Of a DNA stretch of 64,000 nt, positions 34,829 to 45,319 are shown one piece after another (within the stretch, counting starts at the first letter, position 1; each line of letters starts with the position of its first letter). Where the stretch lies: the IMG/VR virus record IMGVR_UViG_3300031992_000030, one strand, 5' to 3'. The notes beneath the pieces were generated by a model. That model was not told the DNA's origin, searched no databases, and was given only the letters and a program-made list of their open reading frames with translations. Source of the stretch: a virus. Lineage: Duplodnaviria; Caudoviricetes. A program made the translations under genes and the position numbers.

Positions 34829-35623
34829 TTATTCCAATATCTCTTTTAACATCTTTGCCCTAAGAGGATTACGTAATTTTCTATATGCTCTCATTTCTAT
34901 CTGTCTAATACGCTCCTCACTTCTCTGAAATGTCTTAGCTATCTCTGCAATAGACTTTTCCTCAAAAAAGTGCATTGTAAGAATCTGTGCTTCTCTATCT
35001 GAGAGAGATCCAAATATCTTCTTGATCCTGTCCATACGATCCGCTTCTTCAGCCGCCGCAACCGGAGATTCAATAGAAGTATCCTCAATCAATACATCAA
35101 AACCATCATCTTCATCATCACTAATTTGAGCATTTAAACTTGTAGGCTCATGCATCAAAACCATCAATTCTTTTACTTTATCAAGTTCGAACTTAGTCTT
35201 GTCTGCTATTTCTTCATCTCTTGGTTCTCTCTGTAAAGTCGCATATAACTCTCTCTTAGCATCTTTAATTTTCTTCAAATCAGCACTTACATTTTCAGGT
35301 CTTGTAATCATATGTCCCTGTTCATATAATGCTCTTGTTATTCTCTGTCTTATCCACCAAGTGGCGTGTGTACTAAACCTACATCCTCTTTCGGGATTAT
35401 ATCTCTTTGCCGCTTCAATGAGGCCTACATTTCCCTCTTGGATTAAATCCAAAAGGGAAAGACCTCTATTCATAAACTTCTTTGCAATAGAAACGACCAA
35501 TCTCAAGTTACTATTTATTAACTTTTCTGTATCTCCTGATTTCGCAGCCTCTACTTCTTCACCAAAAGTAAGAAGAGGAAACTGAGAAATTTCTTTCAGA
35601 TACATCTGAATAGATTCGTCCAT
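34829..35623 (-). CDS. Phage-encoded sigma-70 family (RpoD-like) sigma factor
   Basis: DESIQMYLKEI, NLRLVVSIAKK, DLIQEGNVGL, FSTHATWWIRQ, ERIRQIE..A.RKLR. Confidence 0.95.
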   Translation of the reverse strand: MDESIQMYLKEISQFPLLTFGEEVEAAKSGDTEKLINSNLRLVVSIAKKFMNRGLSLLDLIQEGNVGLIEAAKRYNPERGCRFSTHATWWIRQRITRALYEQGHMITRPENVSADLKKIKDAKRELYATLQREPRDEEIADKTKFELDKVKELMVLMHEPTSLNAQISDDEDDGFDVLIEDTSIESPVAAAEEADRMDRIKKIFGSLSDREAQILTMHFFEEKSIAEIAKTFQRSEERIRQIEMRAYRKLRNPLRAKMLKEILE

Positions 35624-35698
35624 TCAATTTCTCCTTTATCTCATTCTATATTTATATTATATCATAAATAATAATACTTGTCAAGAGAAATTTTTCCA

Positions 35699-36025
35699 TC
35701 AAAGACCAAACTTTGCCAACATATTTGCCAAGTTATCCATTTCCTCCTGAGAAGGCTCTGTTGGAGTGGGCGCGGCCGTTGGTGTGGGGGTCTCCTCCCA
35801 CGGGGGCGTTGCGTCCGAAGTAACAAGATTAGATGTCGCCGGTGCGGCCGGGGTCGCCCCAACCATGTTCTTGACTCCGGTGAGTGAGATCGCGATCTGG
35901 ACCTTTTCGCCTCCATCGTCTGCCCACACATAAATCTTCTTATCTTGGGTCGTGATGTACGCATCACCGAACGCCGCAATAATCTGCTTTTCTACTGCCT
36001 CTTTCGCTGTACTGAATTTAGCCAT
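35699..36025 (-). CDS. Hypothetical protein with Pro/Thr/Ala linker
   Basis: Coupled ORF; GC-rich linker. Confidence 0.65.
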   Translation of the reverse strand: MAKFSTAKEAVEKQIIAAFGDAYITTQDKKIYVWADDGGEKVQIAISLTGVKNMVGATPAAPATSNLVTSDATPPWEETPTPTAAPTPTEPSQEEMDNLANMLAKFGL

Positions 36026-37389
36026 TATTCTTCTTCTCCTCTCTCTCGCATGGTTTCATCATAACAACTAGAACACAACCACAAACCATTTATTTCTTGC
36101 ATTGGCTCTGAATCGTCGGCAAACCATTGATTACAACCTTCGCAATATGTATGATGTTCCATCCAACAATATTCACACCAGTCATTACCATCATCATCAG
36201 TCCATCTCTCATCTATATCGGTACGCTCACCGCAGTTACAACAATAGAAGATATGACTATCATAGTCTGCACAATCCTCACAGAACATATATTCTGGGTC
36301 TGTTATATATTCATTATTACAACTTAAACACTTAACCTCACTACCAACTACAAATTTGGTATTAGGGCTAACCCACAAGTATTCATTAAAAGTATAAACC
36401 GGGTCATAACAGGTTGATTTTAACAAATCGTTATAATGTAAGCAACAACCATCGTGACAAGTATCTACAACCAACTTCTTAATAGACTTCAATTTGTGTC
36501 CTACCGGGATATAGGGGGCATCAAGGTAAACTTCTCCTGTTTCGGTCTCAACACTAGTTACCTTCTTTGAACGCCACAAGTTTTCCCATCTTCTAAATGG
36601 ACATACCTTTCTCGCAATATCAAGCCCAACTGATGATGCAAACGGATACTGGCGGCCCGCAAACATCATATCTTCTTTGTCGGAAAAGAAGAGTAATACT
36701 CTCCACTTCTTATTATTCCAAGGTACATCACTTGGAAAACGAGGAAGTTTTGTATTTTCATCTGACCTTAAATAGCAAACAATCGTACAAGCGTCACCCA
36801 TGTATGACAGATTTCCAGCCTTATATTCTCCATCAAGAGCGTGGCAAGAACGCCAGCCATGGTCATTTTCACTTGTACTTAAAAAGTCAAGAGGGTGAAC
36901 TGAAAAACAGAGAGTACCCTCAACTTTATTCAACTGAATAATTCTACTTGCTTCGTTTATAAAACTTTCTCTTATTTCCTTATCTTTAACGAAGAACTTA
37001 AAGCACTTCATAAGTTTTGTGCCTACCTGTATCTTCTGGTCGCCTTTTTCGGTTTTCACTATCAGATTAGGCTTAGTGATTCTATTCTCAAAAAAACCTT
37101 GTACACCATTTGCAACAAGAAAATCGTGCAAATCTAAAAATCTATAATCTATTACCCTATGTAAAAAATCATTAAAATACTTTTCCTGTGCTTTGTCATT
37201 AAGAGTAATTGCTACTTTCTCAGGATAAGTCCAAATTAATCCATCAAAAGCTTTAATATATTTCTGTTTATTTTCCTGCCATTTTTCAAATAAATCATCA
37301 GAATTTATTTTCTCAATTGGATAATCTTGAGAATAAGCAATTACCTTATTAAATTGTTTTTGAATTTCTTTATATTCTTCTTTAACCAT
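36025..37389 (-). CDS. Uncharacterised W-x-S-C family protein with C-terminal CxxC repeats (paralog 1)
   Basis: GTLCFSVHPLDFLSTSEN..GWRSCH...G.Y...WNNKKWR. Confidence 0.75.
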   Translation of the reverse strand: MVKEEYKEIQKQFNKVIAYSQDYPIEKINSDDLFEKWQENKQKYIKAFDGLIWTYPEKVAITLNDKAQEKYFNDFLHRVIDYRFLDLHDFLVANGVQGFFENRITKPNLIVKTEKGDQKIQVGTKLMKCFKFFVKDKEIRESFINEASRIIQLNKVEGTLCFSVHPLDFLSTSENDHGWRSCHALDGEYKAGNLSYMGDACTIVCYLRSDENTKLPRFPSDVPWNNKKWRVLLFFSDKEDMMFAGRQYPFASSVGLDIARKVCPFRRWENLWRSKKVTSVETETGEVYLDAPYIPVGHKLKSIKKLVVDTCHDGCCLHYNDLLKSTCYDPVYTFNEYLWVSPNTKFVVGSEVKCLSCNNEYITDPEYMFCEDCADYDSHIFYCCNCGERTDIDERWTDDDGNDWCEYCWMEHHTYCEGCNQWFADDSEPMQEINGLWLCSSCYDETMRERGEEE

Positions 37390-38431
37390 TTATACTCCCT
37401 GAAAATTTGTAACCACATATTGGGCATTCATTATGTTCTTTTGCTTTAAACGCTATATCACACTTAGGACACCAAACAACATTATCTATGCAACATTCTG
37501 CACAAACTATCTTGGGTTCTTTTTCTCCATAGATATCAAGAGGGACTATTTCATTTTCATAAAACTTTCCATTACAGAAATAACACTTATAAGTTGCTGG
37601 TGTTAACTTATGACCACCCATTTTCCCATATGTATCATACCAATCCTCTTCATCATCCCAACCGGGATAAGAATATGGTATACTTGGCTTGTACCATCTG
37701 TTCATCATTGTAATATTTTCAACATAAATGAACTTCTTTAAGTCTTTAGTCTTTAAGATATTCTCAACCTTATTAATCGTATCATACATATGGTCAACGT
37801 GGAGGACTTCTGCAACACTATGTTCTCTTACATAACCAATAGAGAGATTAACTCCCGCAATTCCCCATATTGGACACAAAACACTAATATCAGTAAAACT
37901 ACCAAAGTTTTCCTTGAAACCATAACTTTCAATAAAATCTACAAAATCCCTATTATCACAATCATAGAATACACAATCTTCACTACCTCTGCGGTCAAGC
38001 TGAATAAGAAACTTTAAATCAGACAAAGGCTTATCAATTTCATCTGCTAATTGAAATGCTCCTACACCACCTATTTCTTCATCAGTAGTAAAAATAATTG
38101 AAGGAAGCAACTTAGTTTGCTGAAGGATTTTCAAAATTGCAAAAACTCCGGCTCTATCGTCAGCTCCCAATCCTTGCGGACTCCATATTACATTTTGTCT
38201 TGTATCATAATAAATTTCTTCTGGAGGTGCCTTAAATACTGTATCCATATGAGCTAATAAACCAACAGGAACATCACCTACTGCATAGATATAATCTTCT
38301 GTTGCTATTATCTTTTTGTACTTTCTTTTAAGATGTGCAAACAAAAGATTTCTCAACTGTTCTTGTGTTAATTCTGCCAATGCTCTAAATAATTGATAAT
38401 CGTTTTCACTCATTACTTTCTTTTTTTCCAC
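37382..38431 (-). CDS. M28/M20-family zinc peptidase with C-terminal zinc ribbons
   Basis: AHMDTV, GLGADDRAG, TDEEIG, QLDRRG, GSFTDIS, NLSIGY..EHS..E. Confidence 0.85.
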   Translation of the reverse strand: MEKKKVMSENDYQLFRALAELTQEQLRNLLFAHLKRKYKKIIATEDYIYAVGDVPVGLLAHMDTVFKAPPEEIYYDTRQNVIWSPQGLGADDRAGVFAILKILQQTKLLPSIIFTTDEEIGGVGAFQLADEIDKPLSDLKFLIQLDRRGSEDCVFYDCDNRDFVDFIESYGFKENFGSFTDISVLCPIWGIAGVNLSIGYVREHSVAEVLHVDHMYDTINKVENILKTKDLKKFIYVENITMMNRWYKPSIPYSYPGWDDEEDWYDTYGKMGGHKLTPATYKCYFCNGKFYENEIVPLDIYGEKEPKIVCAECCIDNVVWCPKCDIAFKAKEHNECPICGYKFSGSING

Positions 38432-38435
38432 AACG

Positions 38436-38861
38436 TCACCACCAATCTGTATACATTACCACTTCTGTATCCCAGTTAACCGTCTGTAAAGCGTTTTCAC
38501 ATATTTTTATTGTTTCCTCAAGAGTTTCAAAATACAAATCGTCATAATCAGTATTACCGAAGAAGAAACCAGAAGAAGTAGGGAGAAGTTCCGGAGCCTT
38601 ATCACGATATTTAAGAACAAATTCACAAGTTTCCTTCAAGCGTTCCAATTCTCTTTTAGAAACCTCAACATATTCACAATTTCCATTTTCTGAATAACCG
38701 CAAACATCTACAAACCAACGTCTAATAGCATTAGCTTTTCTCCAATAACCAATCTCTTTAAGAGGAAAATCACACTCTTTCTGTTCGTCTTGTGTAAGTT
38801 CTTCAAAATAGGTTTTCACCATTTTACAATTACCATATTTCAAGTACATATCAAGTCCCAT
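38436..38861 (-). CDS. Conserved phage hypothetical protein
   Basis: MGLDMYL...YWRKANAI..WF...LPTSSGFFFG..DYD..Y. Confidence 0.7.
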   Translation of the reverse strand: MGLDMYLKYGNCKMVKTYFEELTQDEQKECDFPLKEIGYWRKANAIRRWFVDVCGYSENGNCEYVEVSKRELERLKETCEFVLKYRDKAPELLPTSSGFFFGNTDYDDLYFETLEETIKICENALQTVNWDTEVVMYTDWW

Positions 38862-38931
38862 AAATATATCTCCATTTTTATTTTTCTATATATATTATAT
38901 CATAAAATAAGTATCTTGTCAATTAAGATTT

Positions 38932-39741
38932 TTATGGTTGAGTATCTAAAGGGTATTTTTCAAAATATTTCTTTGCTTTCTCTGGATCTGCCATGCGGAA
39001 CGCCAGATCACACATGTGACATGTACCAGTCTTAGTACATTTTTGACCGCAGAACATACGGGTTCTTGTAAATTCTGGAATTATCATTCGATTTGCGGCG
39101 TCCTTGTCCCCGAGATTGTTGATGATCTGGGACAAGTTTCCCGGCCACTCGTGTTCTTCTGCGTAAATTCTATACAATGCCCTTTCCTTTTTGAGCCAAT
39201 TATTTAAATCCTTGTCAATTGAGGGAAAGAACTCAACAACAGAAACATATTCTTCATAGAGGGCCAGATCCTCCGGTCTTATCCACGGGCCGCACAGTCC
39301 ATTTGCTCTTGGTAATCCATCTACGTTTGCTTCATTTGCATATACCCTAACTTCTGGTATATCTGGTAAATGTTCTAAATCAAAAAAGAGGGGCGCCGCA
39401 ATATACACATACTCCACTCCGAGTTCACGTAGGGCCTGGAGGTCGTAATAATTAGAAACTGGTCGTGCGTGATAGAAGTCAATTCCTTCTTCTTTTGCTC
39501 TTAAACAATCTTGAATATTATCAAGACAAAGTACAAAACCCTTTTTCTTAACACTATTCAAGGCTTTAATTTCTTTCCAATCAATTTTATCATTATTTCT
39601 ATCGTGTCTTAAAATAATAGTTGCTTCTGGGTAATCATCAAAATAAGACTTGATACCCTTTCTATCATTATACATAAACATAATTTCATCTGCTTTAGCC
39701 AGATATTCTTTTGTTTGCTTTGCTGATAAACAAAACTTCAT
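38932..39741 (-). CDS. Possible U32-peptidase-like (TIM-barrel) protein
   Basis: VRVYAN, PWIRPEDL..Y, C-terminal CGQKC...CHMC; family call tentative. Confidence 0.45.
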   Translation of the reverse strand: MKFCLSAKQTKEYLAKADEIMFMYNDRKGIKSYFDDYPEATIILRHDRNNDKIDWKEIKALNSVKKKGFVLCLDNIQDCLRAKEEGIDFYHARPVSNYYDLQALRELGVEYVYIAAPLFFDLEHLPDIPEVRVYANEANVDGLPRANGLCGPWIRPEDLALYEEYVSVVEFFPSIDKDLNNWLKKERALYRIYAEEHEWPGNLSQIINNLGDKDAANRMIIPEFTRTRMFCGQKCTKTGTCHMCDLAFRMADPEKAKKYFEKYPLDTQP

Positions 39742-39756
39742 TCCTTTACCTCCCCT

Positions 39757-39960
39757 TTATTTTAAGTCTAAATTACTTTTAATACGGTTCTTTACATCTT
39801 CTATCCCTTTCATACGCCCATCAAAATAGCCTTGGTCATATGCGGCTTTTCTTACAGCCTCAATATACTTTATAGCTTCTTCCGATAAAATTTCTGTGCA
39901 TACGGGGGTGTTTTTTTCGGCGGTTGCGGTACTACTTTCTAACAAATCCTTAAATTTCAT
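39757..39960 (-). CDS. Hypothetical protein
   Basis: AYDQGYFDG motif; RBS. Confidence 0.55.
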   Translation of the reverse strand: MKFKDLLESSTATAEKNTPVCTEILSEEAIKYIEAVRKAAYDQGYFDGRMKGIEDVKNRIKSNLDLK

Positions 39961-40030
39961 ATTTGTTCCTCCTTATACTCGAAAAGGGGTCTCAGGTGAG
40001 ACCCCTCATTAATTTGATATTTAAGACTTA

Positions 40031-40453
40031 TTAAGCAATCTTATAAGCCTTAACAGTTCTTGCTCTCTTACCCTCGCCACCGGGGATCTTTACGTCAGTC
40101 TTTTCAGCATTACCAGCCTCAACAAGTGCGTTCAATCTGTATGTGACCTTGGCTATTGTAGCCTCAGGGTCCTCGATCTTAGCGGCGATGTCAGCGATTG
40201 TAGCAAAGTTATCTGTAAGAGCTGCAACTACTGCATCTGTAAGAGCATCGGGTTCAGCAGCCTTCTTAGCCTTTCTCTCCTTGGCCTTGACTGCCGCATT
40301 GTCAAGCAACTCAATCTCGTGCTTAGCGAATGTAGCAAGAGCCTCAGCAGGAACCTCTACCTTGGCACCCTCTGCATCTGTGTAGGCGAATTCGCCATTC
40401 TCAACATAGTTTACGATTGCTGCGAATACATTTCTCTTTGTGAACTTCTCCAT
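40031..40453 (-). CDS. Small winged-helix DNA-binding protein (distant family member 1)
   Basis: TIADIA...TIAKVTYRLNALV..G.AEK; start adjusted to MEKFTK. Confidence 0.6.
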   Translation of the reverse strand: MEKFTKRNVFAAIVNYVENGEFAYTDAEGAKVEVPAEALATFAKHEIELLDNAAVKAKERKAKKAAEPDALTDAVVAALTDNFATIADIAAKIEDPEATIAKVTYRLNALVEAGNAEKTDVKIPGGEGKRARTVKAYKIA

Positions 40454-40652
40454 AATGTTACCTTTTTTAACCTTTCTGTTTTTCATTTTCTTTTATATAT
40501 ATATTATATCATTTTTTTACTTCTTTGTCAACGACTTTTTTATTATCTTGTCAAAGAAGTTCACTCTTTATAAAAAGTATATCTTTCTTACTTTTTACAC
40601 TTATATTATAACATTTTTTTGTTTCTTTGTCAAGAAGAATTTTTCAAACCAC

Positions 40653-42386
40653 TTATAAATTTGTTTTTATGACAACGTCAAGGTGTTTAGTGGTTGAAGT
40701 AGGATGACATTCATATCTACGGGCATAACTTGTAGCCTCATTTGGATTATCAAAAGTATTATCTGCTTTAATAATTCTATATGTCAAGTTAGAGGTAAGT
40801 GTTGTAATAAGTTCTTGAGACAAAAGGCCCCATAACTTAATATCACATTCTTCCCCATATTTATCCACAAGTTCACATCCACGCTCAGTAAGGTCTTCAT
40901 AATAAATTATAAATCCCTCTGAATAACTATATCTGTTCGGAATATAGGTGTGGAAATGATGAATTGTTGAAGTAAAATCTTTGAGGTATTCATTGAAGTT
41001 ATGGTAGAAATTATCAAAATCTACAAAAAACTTGTAATACTTTTTATTTTTTCTATCAACAATGTTCAAACTTATTGGGTCTGCCAACTTCACTTCGCCA
41101 TCATCAAAGGGGTTATCATGTAATTCATCATAACAACTATCGCAATAATAGCAATCACCTATTCTATGTAATTCATTAAGATCATACTCCCACTCTCCGC
41201 AATTATCACAGTAATACTTGGTAGGAGCACAATCTTCACAAACAAGGCTGCCCTCATTACCTTCATCAAGATAACCAACTTCGCCACAATACATACAAAC
41301 AAAGTTGCCGGAATATGTACAGTACAAACTATCATCTTTGTGGTCACCATTGGTTATATAGTAAAAATGACGAGTATATGACTCGTTAATGTCATTATAC
41401 ATATAACCAGTGTCAAAAGTTACGTAATCATAACCACCAAAAGTCCAATTATCATAGTCGGGGATCCATTTGTCGTACTCAGTCTGGAAATCATTCCAAC
41501 CAAGATTCTTCTCAACAAGCTCTCTAATCCAAGTAAGACAAGCCAAAGTAAGTTCATCACTCTCGTAAGGATAGGCCTTAATATCCATAATGAGTTCAGG
41601 CTTAACAATAAACAACTCACGCCATTTCTTGCTATTCCACTCACTACCACCGGGCATAGTCATAGTCTTATTATCAGACTTAAAATATCCAACAACAACC
41701 ATTTCAGAATTCATCATTTCAACTGTGCCACTTCTGTAACAACCCTTTTTCTTCCAAGACATACAGGAATCCCAATTTGACTCATTATCACTCATTGTCA
41801 TATAGTCGAGGGGGTGAATTGAAAGACAAAGTGTCCCCTCAAGCTTTGCGGTATTCAGAGCCATAGAATGGTCTATTCTAAACTCCTCATATCCCTCATC
41901 TATTCCAATCCACTTTGCTATCTTACCAATGAGAGGTACAACCTTTGAGTTCTTCTGTGCAGAAAACTTCTTGATTTCTCCATTGGGGTTAATAGCCTCA
42001 AGAATAAACTCATTTTCAATTCTATTCTTTGCAAGAGTTTCAACTCTTGTTACCTGCTCAAGTACCCAGTTGGGAGAATCAGATCTTACCTTAGAATAAT
42101 CATATAAGGCACTCATAAATCTTGAAATGAACTTTTTATGCTTTGTTGCAACTTCATACATTCTATCTCTAACAGCTTTAAACGGTTCACGAATTGCAAA
42201 AGGCTTCTCGATAATGAAATTATTGCCGAGCATCCTATAAAGATAGGAGTCCTTATACTCATTCCAATAACGCATAATTTTCTCAAGTGAGGCTCGTCTC
42301 TGATAACCCTCCGGGAGAGCATATTCATCAATATAATCTTCCATCATTGTCTTCTCATTAGCAGGAATCAAATCAAATAAATTCAT
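40653..42386 (-). CDS. Uncharacterised W-x-S-C family protein (paralog 2)
   Basis: GTLCLSIHPLDYMTMSDNESNWDSCMSW...GCYR.GTVEMMNS...WNSKKWRELF; CxxC repeats. Confidence 0.8.
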   Translation of the reverse strand: MNLFDLIPANEKTMMEDYIDEYALPEGYQRRASLEKIMRYWNEYKDSYLYRMLGNNFIIEKPFAIREPFKAVRDRMYEVATKHKKFISRFMSALYDYSKVRSDSPNWVLEQVTRVETLAKNRIENEFILEAINPNGEIKKFSAQKNSKVVPLIGKIAKWIGIDEGYEEFRIDHSMALNTAKLEGTLCLSIHPLDYMTMSDNESNWDSCMSWKKKGCYRSGTVEMMNSEMVVVGYFKSDNKTMTMPGGSEWNSKKWRELFIVKPELIMDIKAYPYESDELTLACLTWIRELVEKNLGWNDFQTEYDKWIPDYDNWTFGGYDYVTFDTGYMYNDINESYTRHFYYITNGDHKDDSLYCTYSGNFVCMYCGEVGYLDEGNEGSLVCEDCAPTKYYCDNCGEWEYDLNELHRIGDCYYCDSCYDELHDNPFDDGEVKLADPISLNIVDRKNKKYYKFFVDFDNFYHNFNEYLKDFTSTIHHFHTYIPNRYSYSEGFIIYYEDLTERGCELVDKYGEECDIKLWGLLSQELITTLTSNLTYRIIKADNTFDNPNEATSYARRYECHPTSTTKHLDVVIKTNL

Positions 42387-42461
42387 ATTAAATATACCTC
42401 TTTATCATTTTTCATATATATATTATATCATATTTTTATAAAGTTGTCAATATTGCTTTTT

Positions 42462-44189
42462 TTAAAGCGATATATTAAATATATGAACTCCTTTTGTTGC
42501 TATCTCTTTTATACGAATACAGATAGCTCTTTCCCACTTGTCGATTTCTTTTGCCGATTCAATGCTTTTTGTTTCAACAGAAGAGTTAATATCAATAGGA
42601 AAATCATATCTACGACCTTCCATCTTTTCACCATATTCCTCGCACTTATTTTTTCCTGCTTCGGTCAACTCATCTTCGTAAACAAAATAACTTTTTGCAG
42701 CCTCATATATTCCAAATCCATCAGATTCTATTCTGGAATAAAGATGTATCGCTTTAAGATAGTCACTCATTTCTTTCTGATTATTACGTAAAGTGCTATA
42801 AGTTGTAAACATTGTTGTCCTAAGTTCTTTAGTTTCTCTATCTAATACATAAAGAAGTGAATTGTCATAAATAGGCAATTTTTCACCCGTTACAAAATCG
42901 GTATGAAGTTCATTATAACATACTTCACAATATGGTACTTCATTCTCTCCAACAAAACAAATACTGTCAATATCAGGAATTAAAGAACAACCACAACACG
43001 AACACTCTGTGGGCCTACATCCATCACAAATGATAGTACCACCATTATCATTACAATCGTCATAATTATTACCTACGTTACCACAAGCCATACAAACAAA
43101 AGGGCCCGAGTAGATAATATAACTTCTCTCACCTACTTTATGATTTACACCTTCATAAATGAAGTGTCTATAATGTTCATCTTGTGCTATATCGTTATAC
43201 ATATAATTGGTCTGAAAACAATATCCCTCATTTATAAGGAAATCATTATCACCACTCTTGCAATCATTCTGATATTTCCAACCAATATTCTCGGTTACAA
43301 GTTCTTTTAACCAATTCATACAAAACATAGTTAAGTCATCACTCATAAAAGGGTAAGACTTTACATTAACAATACAATCTTCATTTACAATAAAAAGTTC
43401 TCTCCACTTTTTATTATTCCACTTTTCATAGTTAGCACCATTCCAGCATAAATTCATATCATTCTTGCTCTTAAGATAAGCAACAACTACATAGGGAGAA
43501 TTCATCATTTCGATAGTGCCCTGTCTATAACACCCCTCTTCCTTCCAAGACATACAAGAGCTCCAATCACTATCATTATCACTCATAGTCATATAATCCA
43601 AAGGGTGGATAGAAAGACACATAGTACCCTTTAAAGTTTTTGTATTCATCGCCATAGACTGAGCAAGTCTTACCTGCTCAAATAAGTTCTTGTCTATATC
43701 ATAGTAATCTACAATTTTAGAAAGAATACGAATTACTTTTGCGCCCTTCTGAAGATGTATTTTTATAGGGGGTTTTGTTGCACTCTCAAGCGTAAGAATA
43801 TCTCCGTGGTCAGCCAAGTAGTCTTGATCCAAACGACCTAAAGACAGCAAATATGCTCCTGAAAATGAAGCAATCAGATTTCTTATCCAAATATACTCTA
43901 CTGTTTCACTTACAGCATCATAAATTAAATCGTGTAATGTATTCACGACCTGCTCTTTCCTGAGTTTTCTCTCAATATCGAGTTGTGTCTCTGTATAACA
44001 AACCTCACGCTGAAGGATAAACTTATCCTTAAATATCTGAGCCAATAAAGATTCGCTCTTACAATAATCCCACTCTTTTAAAACCTTTTCAACAGAAGCT
44101 GTTCTCTTTACATTTATTTCAAGATTTTCATCAATATATTTACCAATCTTCTTCTTATCTTCAAGTGTAAGTCTATCAATCAAACTCAT
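42462..44189 (-). CDS. Uncharacterised W-x-S-C family protein (paralog 3)
   Basis: GTMCLSIHPLDYMTMSDNDSDWSSCMSW...GCYR.GTIEMMNS...WNNKKWRELF; CxxC repeats. Confidence 0.8.
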   Translation of the reverse strand: MSLIDRLTLEDKKKIGKYIDENLEINVKRTASVEKVLKEWDYCKSESLLAQIFKDKFILQREVCYTETQLDIERKLRKEQVVNTLHDLIYDAVSETVEYIWIRNLIASFSGAYLLSLGRLDQDYLADHGDILTLESATKPPIKIHLQKGAKVIRILSKIVDYYDIDKNLFEQVRLAQSMAMNTKTLKGTMCLSIHPLDYMTMSDNDSDWSSCMSWKEEGCYRQGTIEMMNSPYVVVAYLKSKNDMNLCWNGANYEKWNNKKWRELFIVNEDCIVNVKSYPFMSDDLTMFCMNWLKELVTENIGWKYQNDCKSGDNDFLINEGYCFQTNYMYNDIAQDEHYRHFIYEGVNHKVGERSYIIYSGPFVCMACGNVGNNYDDCNDNGGTIICDGCRPTECSCCGCSLIPDIDSICFVGENEVPYCEVCYNELHTDFVTGEKLPIYDNSLLYVLDRETKELRTTMFTTYSTLRNNQKEMSDYLKAIHLYSRIESDGFGIYEAAKSYFVYEDELTEAGKNKCEEYGEKMEGRRYDFPIDINSSVETKSIESAKEIDKWERAICIRIKEIATKGVHIFNISL

Positions 44190-44411
44190 ATCAATTTACC
44201 TCTCTTATTTTTCTATATATATTATAGCATAAAAATAAGGTTTTGTCAATATAATTTTAAGCCACCAGAAAAACCGGTGGCTTAAAATTAGAAAGCAGGA
44301 ATCCAATGACCGCAAGCCGGACATACGAAGTGCGGCCATGGTTCTACCCAGATTTCGTAATCCTCAAATTCCCAAAGTCTTCCACAAGTACACTGCTTTA
44401 CATAACGCATC

Positions 44412-45125
44412 TTACTTCACCTCCGAGCATCTCGTGAGCACGGTCTGGCGCACGTTTCTATAAGTCTTATGTTCTTTTACAGTTCCCTTTATATTCTTTT
44501 TGGAACCTACCGCCCAATCTTTAGCCGTTGTTGACCAAACAAATACATTTCCGTCATCAGACCGCATAACGTGCATGTGCTGGATTCCGTAGTAACCCTC
44601 GAGTGTGATATTCTTCTCTACTGTTACTTCAACGACAATTCTCTCTCCAACTGTTCCAACGAACTGAGATTCATCTTCAGGATAAATAAGAGATTCAAGA
44701 TAAGCCTTAATCTCACTTTCCTTCTTGAGAGTTTCATCATTGACGGCTACCTTTTCCCATTCAACCTTTTTAGTTGTAAGTCCCTCGGGAAGTTCCAAGT
44801 CCTCAACATTGATGTCACTTACAAAATACCAATTAAAAAGGTTGTTAAATCTACCGCCGTGCTCCTTGATCCAGTCCTTGTGCTCATAGGACTCGCCGCA
44901 CACTATGTTTATATAACCCTTATCAAAACCGAGGATGTTCTTTAGAGGCTTTAACTTCTTAGTCATTGCTTCTTCTGGGTACATCTTAGCATACTGAGCA
45001 TCAGAATACCATCTTACTTTCTTTTTTGTATCTACATTTGTATAAATGTATACATAAGACTTTCCATTTTCTACAAAAGGCTCACCTATAATTGTATACT
45101 TCTGATAAGATTTCGCAACAGGCAT
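44412..45125 (-). CDS. Hypothetical protein with C-terminal OB-fold-like domain
   Basis: FVGTVGERI...YYG...DGNVFVWST...IKGTVKEH..Y..VRQTVLTRC; start adjusted to MPVAK. Confidence 0.6.
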   Translation of the reverse strand: MPVAKSYQKYTIIGEPFVENGKSYVYIYTNVDTKKKVRWYSDAQYAKMYPEEAMTKKLKPLKNILGFDKGYINIVCGESYEHKDWIKEHGGRFNNLFNWYFVSDINVEDLELPEGLTTKKVEWEKVAVNDETLKKESEIKAYLESLIYPEDESQFVGTVGERIVVEVTVEKNITLEGYYGIQHMHVMRSDDGNVFVWSTTAKDWAVGSKKNIKGTVKEHKTYRNVRQTVLTRCSEVK

Positions 45126-45319
45126 ATTAAAAACCTCACTTTCATTTTCTATATATATTATAGCATAAAAAGTGAGGTTTGTCAATATAAATTTATTTAA
45201 TACGACATTTTCGTTGTCGTAAATAGTCCTTGAGATGATACTTTGCCCAAATCAAAAACTCTATTAACCCATAAAAAACAAAACTACCGATAAGGGTTAA
45301 AATTAAAAATACAAGTAAA

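Noticed and set aside
1-35623. Bacterial chromosome origin (gyrB, sigma-70, tRNAs)
   Set aside because: No housekeeping operon context; endolysin, fibres, PhoH, dense small ORFs and divergent tRNAs indicate a phage.
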